Shown: positions 16,169 to 25,662 of the stretch, one piece after another
How positions within the stretch are numbered: position 1 is the first letter of the stretch
Layout of the letters: each line of letters opens with the position of its first letter
From: a virus
Virus record (IMG/VR): IMGVR_UViG_3300045988_054362
Span: 1-35,819 of that record
Direction: 5' to 3' (one strand)
DNA: 35,819 nucleotides
Translations under genes and position numbers: made by a program
The notes under the pieces: generated by a model
Told to the model about the DNA's origin: nothing
What the model saw: only the letters and a program-made list of their open reading frames with translations
The model's database searches: none

Positions 16169-18199
16169 ATGAACATTATTGAAGTTGATGTAGGAAAGAC
16201 AAAGCTATTTAGCATTGGGCAACAATACAATAGCAATGCGTTAGTGATTCATTTTGTAAATTTACCGAATCAAAAGAATAAATACATCTATTATAAGATT
16301 GATGATATTGAAGAAGAAATTCCTTTAGTAAGCGATTTATTTATCGTATCTAGACCATTAATGCTTCACAGTGGAGAAGTTAAAGCTCAAATCATCACAC
16401 GTGATGAGAACAATTCAATAATTGAATTAACAAAGAACTTCACAATGCGAATACAACCTAGCAATTACAGTGGAATCGGCGAAGACGAGAACTACCCTGA
16501 TGACCCAAATATCAAGAACTACTATGTTAAAATTGACGGAAAAATTCAGTCAATGGATGAATTGATTGCTTTAGTACAATCTAAATTGGATAAAGGAGAA
16601 TTTGTAGGCGCTCAAGGTCCGAAAGGTGAAAAAGGAGAACCCGGTGATGTAACTGAGGAATACAAAAATCTAGCGAATCAAGTCGCGCAAAATGCAACAA
16701 ACGCTCAGAAGATTTTGGATGATACGAAAGAATTTGCGAATCAAACAAAAACAGAATTGAATCAAATTAAAACTGATACAAGTGCATTAAAAGATGAAGC
16801 TAATACAAGCGCAGTAAATGCGAAAGCTTCTGAAACAAAAGCAAAAGAATATGCCGACAATTTGCAAGCATCCACTGATGATATTAGTAAACTAAAGGAA
16901 GATTTAGATAACCTGCGAGAGATAGAGTTTTATCCAAATCTTCTTAACAAGGCAGAGTTTATTGCTGGTAAACAGATGGTTACAAGTGCAGGTTCTACCC
17001 CAGATGACCTTGTAGATAATGAGAATACAACCACAACCAATATTATTAATTGTGATGGCGATGAATACTTTGAAACTAATCTACCTAATGGTCACACGGT
17101 AATTCTTGCGTATTTTTGGTATCAAGAAAAATGGTATAGAAGCCAATTTATTTCTACATTAGAAACAGAAGGTGACCATTATAAATTTAAAATAAATGCA
17201 CAAATGAAAAAGATACGAATATACTGTACATCTAATATGATGCCTGCTAATCCAATATTAACAAAACAAGGTGAATATGACGAAAGTAAACCAGAGTTTT
17301 TTCCAAAAGGAAAAATTAAATTAACGCCTAGCGGATGTGTAGGATATGATAACTTAGACGAGGATACTAAGCAAAGAATTAATAATAAAACTAGCAACTA
17401 TTCAGAATATATTCCATTTTACGGTAAAAAAATTGTAGGAATTGGAGACAGTATTATGGTTGGTATTAATTCAGATGGCTCTGCTATCATAGATGGAATT
17501 TGTGAAAATGGTTTGCCGTGCACAGACCAAGGATACCAAATTAATAGTACAGGTGGATTTCTAGGTGAATTAAGAAAAAAATATCCATCTATTAATGTAG
17601 TAAATATGGGTGTTGGTAGCACTACGATGCAAAGGAATGATAATGTTAATGTAAATAAAGTTTATAAATGTATAATGGATAGAATTGATAATATACCAGA
17701 TGATGCAGATATTATCATCCTTGAGGGTGGTATAAACGATTTCTTTCATGCTAGTAAAGGATGTGTGTTAGGAACGTATAAAGATAGCTTATATAAATAT
17801 CCGACATCTGCTAAATATGAAAATGGAGCTTACAGTTACGTTGAATTTGCAGTAGATACAACACTCGATGCAAGTACATTTTGTGGAGCACTTGAAATTG
17901 CACTGACAAAAATTCTCGTAAGATTTGTTGGAAAGCCATTTATCTATGTAATACCGCACAATCCATCCGCCAGTGCTGATATTGATACTTTTTTTAATAG
18001 TGCAAAAGAGATTTGCAAGAAATATGGAGTACCTGTAGTTGATATTCGTAAAGTTGGTTGCATGCCAAGAATTTATACGCTCTCTGGTAAAACTGATGGT
18101 ACATCCGCATTCACACAAGATGGTGTGCATCCAAATCCATTAGGCTATCAATTACATTACGTCCCAGTAATTGCATCTGCATTAAAAAATATTATGTAA
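16169..18199 (+). CDS. Tail-fibre-like protein with a short collagen-like segment, coiled coil and a C-terminal SGNH/GDSL esterase domain
   Basis: ATG follows AGGAGG at 5 nt. GAQGPKGEKGEPGD gives five GXY triplets. SGNH blocks are GDSIMVG, GINDF and DGVHPN. Confidence 0.75.
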   Translation: MNIIEVDVGKTKLFSIGQQYNSNALVIHFVNLPNQKNKYIYYKIDDIEEEIPLVSDLFIVSRPLMLHSGEVKAQIITRDENNSIIELTKNFTMRIQPSNYSGIGEDENYPDDPNIKNYYVKIDGKIQSMDELIALVQSKLDKGEFVGAQGPKGEKGEPGDVTEEYKNLANQVAQNATNAQKILDDTKEFANQTKTELNQIKTDTSALKDEANTSAVNAKASETKAKEYADNLQASTDDISKLKEDLDNLREIEFYPNLLNKAEFIAGKQMVTSAGSTPDDLVDNENTTTTNIINCDGDEYFETNLPNGHTVILAYFWYQEKWYRSQFISTLETEGDHYKFKINAQMKKIRIYCTSNMMPANPILTKQGEYDESKPEFFPKGKIKLTPSGCVGYDNLDEDTKQRINNKTSNYSEYIPFYGKKIVGIGDSIMVGINSDGSAIIDGICENGLPCTDQGYQINSTGGFLGELRKKYPSINVVNMGVGSTTMQRNDNVNVNKVYKCIMDRIDNIPDDADIIILEGGINDFFHASKGCVLGTYKDSLYKYPTSAKYENGAYSYVEFAVDTTLDASTFCGALEIALTKILVRFVGKPFIYVIPHNPSASADIDTFFNSAKEICKKYGVPVVDIRKVGCMPRIYTLSGKTDGTSAFTQDGVHPNPLGYQLHYVPVIASALKNIM

Positions 18200-18258
18200 T
18201 TGATTAACTAAATAAGAATATAGTTGATTAATTGAATATAGAAAAAAGGAGGAATAAC

Positions 18259-19254
18259 ATGGTAGGAAAACAAGTTACAGAGCTAAACGCATTGCCTAGC
18301 TTTACAGATAATAGCCTATTGCCTGTACACAATGGCGCAGGATTAAAAAAAGGTTTATTATCTCAATTAGCAAACTATCTAGGAACTAAATTTAGCAATC
18401 CGAATTTATTGATTAATCCGGACTTTAAAGTAAATCAACGTGCGCTTGCAACGTACAGTGAAAATGATTATTCGTTTGATAGATGGAAAATTTACAATAC
18501 AACAGTAAAGCAATTAGGTAATGGGATAAGCTATAAAGGTGGAAGCGCAACAACTAACTCTCTAGGAAATTTAGACAATTATATAAGCCAAATATTGGAT
18601 ACTGAATTAAATGAGGAATTTACAATTTCGATAAAGGTGTCTTCTATTGTAGGTTCGTTCAGACTTGAAGCTATGAAAAAAGGAGGAGACAGTCTTCATG
18701 GTAAAGACGCTCTCATTGGAAAAAAAGAAATCACAACAAACGGAATCCATACGCTAACACTTGATGGTTCAAATGCACCATTAAGTATTATCAGATTTGG
18801 TACTACATCGCAAAGTGGGGCTTGTACAATCGAATGGGTTAAATTGGAAAAAGGTAAACACGCTACTGCTTTTATTCATCCAATTTATAGCGAAGAATAC
18901 GTGAAATGTATGTGGTATTTTCAACCACTTGTCGGAGCTAGAAGCGGTTATGTTTCAAACGGCACTATCTACATTAATGTTCCGGAGGTTAATTCAATGA
19001 GAAATTCTAAACCATCTGCGAATAACAATAAGATGAATTTAGGCGGTTTTATTTATACAGGAACAAACACTTTAATCACGGTTAAAAGGTCAGATATTAT
19101 CGGTGCTATGGTTGACGATTATAAAGAGTTACAGTTAAATCCTTCAAGCGAATTGAAGAATAAATTGAAAGCAATTGGAATTACTACGATTAACTATGAT
19201 ATTGAACCTAGTGGTGGAATTTATCTAGACGCAGAAATTTACGATGATGAATAG
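18259..19254 (+). CDS. Receptor-binding / tail fibre protein candidate
   Basis: ATG follows AAAGGAGG. The N-terminus (VTELNALPSFTDNSLLPVHNGAGLKKGLLSQLANYL) is fibre-attachment-like. The position fits the fibre module. Confidence 0.5.
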   Translation: MVGKQVTELNALPSFTDNSLLPVHNGAGLKKGLLSQLANYLGTKFSNPNLLINPDFKVNQRALATYSENDYSFDRWKIYNTTVKQLGNGISYKGGSATTNSLGNLDNYISQILDTELNEEFTISIKVSSIVGSFRLEAMKKGGDSLHGKDALIGKKEITTNGIHTLTLDGSNAPLSIIRFGTTSQSGACTIEWVKLEKGKHATAFIHPIYSEEYVKCMWYFQPLVGARSGYVSNGTIYINVPEVNSMRNSKPSANNNKMNLGGFIYTGTNTLITVKRSDIIGAMVDDYKELQLNPSSELKNKLKAIGITTINYDIEPSGGIYLDAEIYDDE

Positions 19255-19265
19255 GAGAAGCGAAC

Positions 19266-19607
19266 ATGGTAAGAGTATATATTAACAAAGATTCAGAAAA
19301 TAACATTACATCTATTAATTCAGAAATCTTCTTATCGCAAGAAGAAATTCAAACAATGACAGAAATTGACCAGGGGCAAGGAGATAAATATGCTCACGCT
19401 CAAGGTATGTATCTAGAAAAAGGACTAGTTGATAAATACGGTCGATATAACTACAAATATGTAAATAGTAAGGTGGTTGAGGTTGCAGAAGCAGATAAAC
19501 CAACAATTGAAGAACCAAAAGCAGTGCCTACTGAGCAAGAGAAGATTAACGCACAATTAATGTTACAAATTGCACAGATAAAAGCTCAAATGAATGGGGT
19601 GAAGTAG
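19266..19607 (+). CDS. Fibre-module accessory protein (XkdW-position)
   Basis: ATG follows AGGAGA. It precedes the XkdX-like gene. Confidence 0.4.
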   Translation: MVRVYINKDSENNITSINSEIFLSQEEIQTMTEIDQGQGDKYAHAQGMYLEKGLVDKYGRYNYKYVNSKVVEVAEADKPTIEEPKAVPTEQEKINAQLMLQIAQIKAQMNGVK

Positions 19608-19608
19608 T

Positions 19609-19728
19609 ATGAGTTATGAATTAATCAAATCGTATTATGAATTAGGCTTATTTACAAAGAGTGATTTAGAAATGTTTGCTTCTATCGGTTGGATTGCAGA
19701 AGCTCAGAGAAAAGAATTAATTAAATAG
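19609..19728 (+). CDS. xkdX: XkdX-family small protein (not in the ORF track)
   Basis: 39-aa ORF (MSYELIKSYYELGLFTKSDLEMFASIGWIAEAQRKELIK), similar in size and pattern to XkdX, following the fibre genes. Confidence 0.55.
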   Translation: MSYELIKSYYELGLFTKSDLEMFASIGWIAEAQRKELIK

Positions 19729-19744
19729 GCTTTAAAAGCGTTTT

Positions 19745-19767
19745 AAAGGGCTTAAATGCCCTTTTTC
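19745..19767 (+). terminator. Intrinsic terminator closing the fibre module
   Basis: AAAGGGC (19745-19751), loop TTAAAT, GCCCTTT (19758-19764), then TTC. An alternative hairpin CTTTAAAA/TTTTAAAG (19730-19748) overlaps it. Confidence 0.55.
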
Positions 19768-19784
19768 TGTAGGAGGGCATATAA

Positions 19785-20969
19785 ATGTTAAGTGAAGAAG
19801 AACAAAGGGAACAAGAACGTAAAAAAAGGCAAGAAGAGAGAAAGCAAGAACGCCTACAAAAGCAGATTGAGAAAAGAAGAAAGCTTGAAGAAAGAGAAAG
19901 AAGAAGCGTAAAGCGTGCTAGTGTATTTGAATTAGGCGTGATGATATTCATTTCAAATAAAATTCGTGAGGTTTTAGAGAAAAACGCCGAAGAAAATGCA
20001 AAATTTAATGAGATATTAGCAAAATCACTCGTAGATTTGCGTAAATTCACAAAAAAAGAATCAAAAAGCCTAAAAAAAGATGTAATTAAGGAATCTAAAA
20101 AGGACTTTGAAGAAAATAAGCAAGGAACATTAGAATTGATTCAAGAAGCAACCAAAAAAAAGATGGATGGAAGCATTGCAAAACATATTGCGTATGTGAA
20201 TCCACAAAAGGACACTGCAAAGCGTTGGAAAAAATATATCAAGACAAGTGCTAACACGTATGCAATCGGTAAAGATAAACTACCGGTATTCTTTACAAAG
20301 GTAGTTCAAGAAGAAGTTAAAAATGTAGTAGGTGGCAAATGCACAATTGATGATTCTTGTAGAAAAGCTATTTCTAAACTAGCAGACAGTGGCGTAAAGA
20401 TTGTTGAATATGATACAGGCGTTAAAAGAAATGTGGATGTATGGGTAAGACAACAAATGCAGTACGCAGAAAAGGAATCATCACAAGAAATTAACAATAA
20501 ATACGCTAAAGATATGGGAATTACTGTATTCGAGTTTGACGCTCACGCAAACGCACGCCCAAGTCATAAGAAGTGGCAAGGGAAACGATACGACACGCAA
20601 GGGAAGCTATATCCTAGCTTGTTTCAGTTGACGCATGGAGAAGAAAAAGATTATGGATGTAAGCACTTTGCACAACCTGTATGGGATGTGGATATGCCTT
20701 ATGCCTACACAAAAGAACAGTTAAAGAATATTGATACAAAACCTTTCACATTCCAAGGGAAAAAATATGAAGGATATGAAGCTAGACAGTACCAAAGAGA
20801 ACTAGAAAGAAATATCAGAGCGTTAAAAAGGGAAGTAATCTTATTGGATAATCAAGGACTAGGCAGTACAGAAGCCAAAATCAAGCTAAAACACGCAAAT
20901 GCAGTATATAAAGCTTTCAGTTCTGAAATGGGAGATAGAGTTCACAACGATAGGCTTAGAATCGGATAA
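19785..20969 (+). CDS. Minor head / head-morphogenesis protein (phage minor capsid protein 2-like)
   Basis: ATG follows TAGGAGGGC. The N-terminus is K/E-rich. The family call rests on its position before the scaffold and capsid genes plus weak motif memory (ARPSHKKWQGK). Confidence 0.55.
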   Translation: MLSEEEQREQERKKRQEERKQERLQKQIEKRRKLEERERRSVKRASVFELGVMIFISNKIREVLEKNAEENAKFNEILAKSLVDLRKFTKKESKSLKKDVIKESKKDFEENKQGTLELIQEATKKKMDGSIAKHIAYVNPQKDTAKRWKKYIKTSANTYAIGKDKLPVFFTKVVQEEVKNVVGGKCTIDDSCRKAISKLADSGVKIVEYDTGVKRNVDVWVRQQMQYAEKESSQEINNKYAKDMGITVFEFDAHANARPSHKKWQGKRYDTQGKLYPSLFQLTHGEEKDYGCKHFAQPVWDVDMPYAYTKEQLKNIDTKPFTFQGKKYEGYEARQYQRELERNIRALKREVILLDNQGLGSTEAKIKLKHANAVYKAFSSEMGDRVHNDRLRIG

Positions 20970-21064
20970 AACGCTCACATTGTGAGCTATTATTCAATAT
21001 AAAATATAGTTAGCCAAAACCATACCGGAGAAGATTCGGTTTATAAAAGACTTTAGGAGGGCAC

Positions 21065-21649
21065 ATGAAAAACATTATTGAAATTTTAAAAGAATCAAAC
21101 ATTGAATTAACCAAAGAACAAGAGGAGTCAATTACAAAGCTAGTAAATGACAACTATAAGACGATTGCAGAGTTCGACAAGCAAAAAGAAAAGCTATCTT
21201 TAGCAGAGAACAATGCAAAGGAAATTCAAACAAAGTTTGATAATTTCAAGAAAAGCTATGATGGAGTTGATGTAGAAGAATTGAGAAATAAAATCAATAC
21301 ATTGACGAATGATATTGATACTCAAAAGACTACATACGAAACTCAGATTAGCAAAATGAATCTTGATTCTGTATTAAGTGCAAAAGCTAAAGAATACGGA
21401 TGTAAAGATTTCGATTTAGCAAAATCACAATTCAACTATGATGATTTACTGAAATCAAAAGACCAAACAAATGATATTGACAAAGCTTTCAAGAATTTGA
21501 AAGAGAATAAGCCAATTTTATTTGGAGAAGAACAAACTGAGCCTACTGTTAAAGGCAATATTGTTGGAAACAGTGGACAAGGAGCAAACCCAAACGCCGA
21601 AGATTTATTATTAAGACAAGTAATGGGTTTAACTACAGAGAAGAAATAA
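21065..21649 (+). CDS. Scaffolding protein (GP20-like)
   Basis: ATG follows TAGGAGGGC. It is alpha-helical and K/E-rich, and lies directly upstream of the capsid gene. Confidence 0.65.
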   Translation: MKNIIEILKESNIELTKEQEESITKLVNDNYKTIAEFDKQKEKLSLAENNAKEIQTKFDNFKKSYDGVDVEELRNKINTLTNDIDTQKTTYETQISKMNLDSVLSAKAKEYGCKDFDLAKSQFNYDDLLKSKDQTNDIDKAFKNLKENKPILFGEEQTEPTVKGNIVGNSGQGANPNAEDLLLRQVMGLTTEKK

Positions 21650-21662
21650 GGAGGATTAATTA

Positions 21663-22532
21663 ATAGCAAATGAAATTGCATTAGCTAAAACGTATGTCTC
21701 AAATCTTGATGAGGTTTACAAATTAGCTTCAGTAACAGGTGATTTAAACGCCGACGCTACAATGGTTAGAGCAGGAGCAAACGCAAAAGAAATCATCTAT
21801 CCACAGATTGCCGTTAAAGGTTTAGGAAACTACGACAGAAACAATGGTTATACATCTAACTCAGTTAAATTGGAATGGAAAACTGCAACATTCGACTACG
21901 ATAGAGGAACTAAAATCTCAGTTGATACACAAGACAATGCAGAATCAATGAATATTGCGTTCGGTAGAGCAGGAGCAGAATTAATGCGTACAAAGGTAGC
22001 ACCGGAAGCGGACGCTTACACATTCGCTAAAATTGCCGGTACAACAGGAATCACAAAAGTTTCAGAAGATTATGCAAGTGCAGAAGAGTTCTTGAGTGCA
22101 TTGTTAAAAGCGGTTACTAAAATGGATGAGGATGAAGTGCCAAGTGAACAACGTATCTTGTATTCTACTCCTACATTATTGAATAGCGTTAAAGCTTTAG
22201 ATACTTACAAATCACGTGAAGCTTTACAAGGATTCGCAAAGGTAGTTCCTGTACCTGCTAGTCGTTTCTATACAAAGATTAAATTGTTGAGTGGAGCAGA
22301 TACAGAAGCAGAAGGTGGATATACTAAAGCAGAGGATGGACACGTTATCAACTTCTTGATTGTTCATAAACCTTCTGTTATGAAATGGGATAAACACACT
22401 GTTTCAAATGTAATTCCGGCAAGCAATAACATTGAATCAGATTCAGATGTATTGAAATATCGTAAGTATGGAATCGTTGATGTATACGCAAATAAGGTAG
22501 CAGGTATTTACTTATCTGCTAGTGCTAAGTAA
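21663..22532 (+). CDS. Major capsid protein, ATA start
   Basis: AAGGAGG lies 8 nt before ATAGCA at 21663. The frame opens at 21660 after a TAA. 33 codons (ANEIALAKTYVSNLDEVYKLASVTGDLNADAT) precede the first ATG (21762), which has no SD. Confidence 0.8.
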   Translation: MANEIALAKTYVSNLDEVYKLASVTGDLNADATMVRAGANAKEIIYPQIAVKGLGNYDRNNGYTSNSVKLEWKTATFDYDRGTKISVDTQDNAESMNIAFGRAGAELMRTKVAPEADAYTFAKIAGTTGITKVSEDYASAEEFLSALLKAVTKMDEDEVPSEQRILYSTPTLLNSVKALDTYKSREALQGFAKVVPVPASRFYTKIKLLSGADTEAEGGYTKAEDGHVINFLIVHKPSVMKWDKHTVSNVIPASNNIESDSDVLKYRKYGIVDVYANKVAGIYLSASAK

Positions 22533-22636
22533 TGGCGAAAGAAATCGGATGGGGTTATCCTTCTAAAGTTGAAAAGTCTAAAAAAGGTAAACCTCAAACA
22601 AAAAAAGAGGAAGCTAAACCTCAAAAAGAAAAATAG
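22532..22636 (+). CDS. Small lysine-rich ORF (speculative)
   Basis: ATG in a TAATG overlap with the capsid stop. 34 aa (MAKEIGWGYPSKVEKSKKGKPQTKKEEAKPQKEK). No SD. Confidence 0.3.
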   Translation: MAKEIGWGYPSKVEKSKKGKPQTKKEEAKPQKEK

Positions 22637-22656
22637 CATAAAAAGGGGGTTGTAAA

Positions 22657-23004
22657 ATGAACAACATTTTAGATTGGGAATATTACAATTCCAATTTTCC
22701 TAAATTCGATGAAAATCAATTCAATCAGTATTCTTACAAAGCCGAAGCAATGGTATTGAAGTATGTGAATGTTGGTTCTATTAATGAACAGAACGAAGAT
22801 ACTTTAAAAGATTGTATCTGTGATGTCTTAAACAATGTAATCTTTCAAGATTCAATTGATGGTGTATCAAGTATTTCAAACGGTGGATATTCCAAAAGCT
22901 TTATAAACACTACACACTCAGACAGAAGAAACACGCTTGAGGATATTATAGCCTTTTGGTTAGGCGATACAGATTTAATGAAAGAAAGATGGATTGCATT
23001 ATGA
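22657..23004 (+). CDS. Head-tail connector (gp6-like) protein
   Basis: ATG follows AAGGGGG. Size and position fit a connector. Confidence 0.5.
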   Translation: MNNILDWEYYNSNFPKFDENQFNQYSYKAEAMVLKYVNVGSINEQNEDTLKDCICDVLNNVIFQDSIDGVSSISNGGYSKSFINTTHSDRRNTLEDIIAFWLGDTDLMKERWIAL

Positions 23005-23420
23005 TAGGATTCTTTGACGATTCAATCACACTTGTTAATCACTACTACGATACATTGACAAGAGAAGATAGGTTTCAAGCTTATATTCTTGATAAATGTA
23101 TGTGGAGACAATCTACTATTAGGACTGCAAATGGTAATATTCTGAGCATAGCCACATCCACAAATATTACCATTCTGTATCGTGAGGGATATATTGAACC
23201 TTACGCATACGCAAAGCTTTCAAATGATGAGAAACAAAAACACTTCACATTAAATACAGATAAGACAGATTTCGTGTTCTTTGGAGAAGTGGAAGAAGAT
23301 TTATCCACAATTAAAGCAATAAACGAAGCTAAAAAGAAATACAAATGGACAACAATTCAGAGCGTAACAGATTGTACGAATGTCGATATGTTGAAGCATT
23401 GGGAGGTTGTCGGTCAATAG
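23001..23420 (+). CDS. Head-tail joining / head closure protein
   Basis: ATGA overlap. It lies within the track ORF 22956-23420. The call is positional. Confidence 0.4.
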   Translation: MIGFFDDSITLVNHYYDTLTREDRFQAYILDKCMWRQSTIRTANGNILSIATSTNITILYREGYIEPYAYAKLSNDEKQKHFTLNTDKTDFVFFGEVEEDLSTIKAINEAKKKYKWTTIQSVTDCTNVDMLKHWEVVGQ

Positions 23421-23422
23421 GA

Positions 23423-23779
23423 ATGAAAGTCAAACTTGATGTTGAATCAATACCCAAAATTAAGCAGTCAAGAGGACTTGAAGAACGTGGACGAGTACAA
23501 CAAATGATTGATTCTGAGGTCATTAGGCTTATGTCCCCCTATACGCCTAGAGACACAGGAGCATTGATTAACTCGGCTACACGATTAACACAAATCGGTA
23601 GTGGATTAGTAAAGCAAGGTGGGCCAAGTGCTCCATATGCTAGACGGTGGTATTACAACGAAGAGAATGCTCATTTCGTAGGAGGTAAAACAGACCATTG
23701 GTTTGATAAAGCTATGCGAAATGGTGGAGCAGAGACAATCTTAAAGAAAGCACAACAAATGATAGGAGGTAGTGAATGA
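23423..23779 (+). CDS. HK97 gp10-like head-tail joining protein
   Basis: The ATG lies after the upstream stop. YTPRDTGALINS resembles the gp10-family P-x-D-T-G motif. Confidence 0.5.
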   Translation: MKVKLDVESIPKIKQSRGLEERGRVQQMIDSEVIRLMSPYTPRDTGALINSATRLTQIGSGLVKQGGPSAPYARRWYYNEENAHFVGGKTDHWFDKAMRNGGAETILKKAQQMIGGSE

Positions 23780-24195
23780 CAGTATCAAAAGCATTGATTC
23801 AGTGGCTATATGGCTATGGAAATATACAGATAGATGAACGTATTGAAACGGATGTTTTAGCGCAACAAGCTATCTCTTATGCATTGTATAAAGAACCTAA
23901 TGCAATTGTAGATACATACATTGACGGCTCTCAAATGCGTACTGAATACTACACATTTCTAGCTCGTAGGAATACACAGATTGAATCAGAAAGACAAGAC
24001 AATAATGTTTTTCTAGAAGAATTAGAAAATTGGATTGATGAAAAGAATTTAAACGGAGAATTGCCACAACTAGACGGAAACAGATATTGTCAAGATGTTT
24101 CCGTTTCAAGTGGTTTATATCTATATACAAATGAGGATAATCAAGCAGTATATGCGTTGACTATTCAAATTAAATACAGAAAGGAGCTTAATTAA
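23776..24195 (+). CDS. Tail completion protein candidate
   Basis: ATGA overlap. It sits immediately upstream of the major tail gene. Confidence 0.4.
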   Translation: MTVSKALIQWLYGYGNIQIDERIETDVLAQQAISYALYKEPNAIVDTYIDGSQMRTEYYTFLARRNTQIESERQDNNVFLEELENWIDEKNLNGELPQLDGNRYCQDVSVSSGLYLYTNEDNQAVYALTIQIKYRKELN

Positions 24196-24701
24196 TAGCA
24201 ACTCAAGGAACTGAAGTAAATACAGGACAGACAGTCAAGAAGTATATGATTGGATTGTTCTTAGAAATGGGAACAGGTTACAAGCGAATTAAGAAGTCTA
24301 CAACTTTAGATATTTCGTTTAACAGTGAAACTGAAACGTATGACTTTATCGCAGATAAGAACCCAACAGAATCATTAAAGAGTTATTCACCTCAGATTTC
24401 GCAAGATTTAACAATGATTAAAGGCGAAGATGATTTTGAATACATTTACGAACAAATGATGAAATCCGTACCAAACAACGAAGAAGTAAATACAAAAGCT
24501 TTACTTGTATTCATGTTTGACGGAGACAAAACTAAAGGCTATAAAGCGTGGGAAGTTGACGCTAAATTGATTTTCGATACATTAAGCGGTGTCGATTCAA
24601 AAATCAACTTCAATATTAACTTTGCAAGCGATATTCGTGTCGGTGCTGCAAAGGTAGCAGATGGAACAGTAACCTTCACAGAAGGTACATCAGAAGTATA
24701 A
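24195..24701 (+). CDS. Major tail protein, probable ATA start
   Basis: AAGGAG lies 8 nt before ATAGCA at 24195, in a TAATA overlap with the upstream stop. The frame opens at 24192. The first ATG (24246) lacks an SD. Confidence 0.6.
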   Translation: MATQGTEVNTGQTVKKYMIGLFLEMGTGYKRIKKSTTLDISFNSETETYDFIADKNPTESLKSYSPQISQDLTMIKGEDDFEYIYEQMMKSVPNNEEVNTKALLVFMFDGDKTKGYKAWEVDAKLIFDTLSGVDSKINFNINFASDIRVGAAKVADGTVTFTEGTSEV

Positions 24702-24719
24702 AGAAAGAAGAGGTAAATC

Positions 24720-25082
24720 ATGAATAGAATCACGTACGAAGGAAAGCAGTATGAAATCCCACCTAAAACAATTGAAGTATTAAAAGCAGAGGATGCTTGT
24801 AATGCATTTCACGCTACACATGAAGAAGCATATCGAGCAAAATTCGACTATCTGAAAACAGTATTAACAGATGAACAAATTGAAAGCATGTTAGGAAGTG
24901 CAGACTTTGAACAGGTTGATTTGATGGAAGTATTGTATATTGTCAATTTGATTGATGATGAATATTCAAAGAAAACGGTTGAACAGTTAGAAAAGAAATT
25001 AAAAACAACATTCGGAACAAATGGAATGAAGCAATTTCTTGACGCAAGCAAAACTGTTTCTAGCATTTCGGCGAAGAAATGA
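24720..25082 (+). CDS. Tail assembly chaperone-position protein
   Basis: ATG follows AGAGGT. It lies between the major tail and tape measure genes. Confidence 0.45.
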   Translation: MNRITYEGKQYEIPPKTIEVLKAEDACNAFHATHEEAYRAKFDYLKTVLTDEQIESMLGSADFEQVDLMEVLYIVNLIDDEYSKKTVEQLEKKLKTTFGTNGMKQFLDASKTVSSISAKK

Positions 25083-25642
25083 TTGATTTACGCATAAAAG
25101 GCTTGCCAAATAGCATTCAGTCGCTAGATGGCGAGCCTATTTTATTAAATACAGATTTTCGGTTGTGGATAAGATTCTATGAAGAATTAGAACGATTCAA
25201 CAATCATGTTGTTGATGAAGTAGATTGTTCTTATTTATTCGCAGATGAACCACCTATCATAGATAAGCATATTTTAAAAGAGTTAGAACGATTCTTATAT
25301 AACCCTTCTAGTACGCCTAGAAGTGATTCTACAGGCGTTAAGACTTTAGACTATGTACAAGATGGGGAATATATTTATTCGGTTTTTATGCAACTTTACG
25401 GCATTGATTTAACAGAATGCGATATGCATTGGCATAAGTTTCTAGCGCTAGCTAATAATATCGTTGGTGATTCAACTTTATGGGGATATGCAAAGAGTGT
25501 TAGAGGGTACGAAAAACCTTCAAAAAATGATACACAAGATAAAGCATATCAAAGAGCAAAAGAAGCGTGGTCTTTCCCAATCGAATTAACAATAGAGGAA
25601 CAAGAAATGAAAGATGAATTCGATTCATATTTTGATGTTTAG
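25079..25642 (+). CDS. Phage Gp15-family protein (tail assembly region)
   Basis: ATGA overlap. LNTDFRLWIRF resembles the Gp15 family signature as I recall it. Confidence 0.45.
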   Translation: MIDLRIKGLPNSIQSLDGEPILLNTDFRLWIRFYEELERFNNHVVDEVDCSYLFADEPPIIDKHILKELERFLYNPSSTPRSDSTGVKTLDYVQDGEYIYSVFMQLYGIDLTECDMHWHKFLALANNIVGDSTLWGYAKSVRGYEKPSKNDTQDKAYQRAKEAWSFPIELTIEEQEMKDEFDSYFDV

Positions 25643-25662
25643 AAAAGGAGGTGGCAAATTGA

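Noticed and set aside
16154-16171. ATA at 16154 (another aATAGag overlap) as the start of the SGNH fibre gene.
   Set aside because: AGGAGG lies downstream of it and is perfectly spaced (5 nt) for ATG 16169. This gene does not need an ATA start.
24720-25642. Programmed -1 frameshift (gpG/gpGT-type) between the two genes preceding the tape measure.
   Set aside because: The genes are joined by an ordinary ATGA overlap with a separate start. I could not find a slippery heptamer with an extended overlapping frame.
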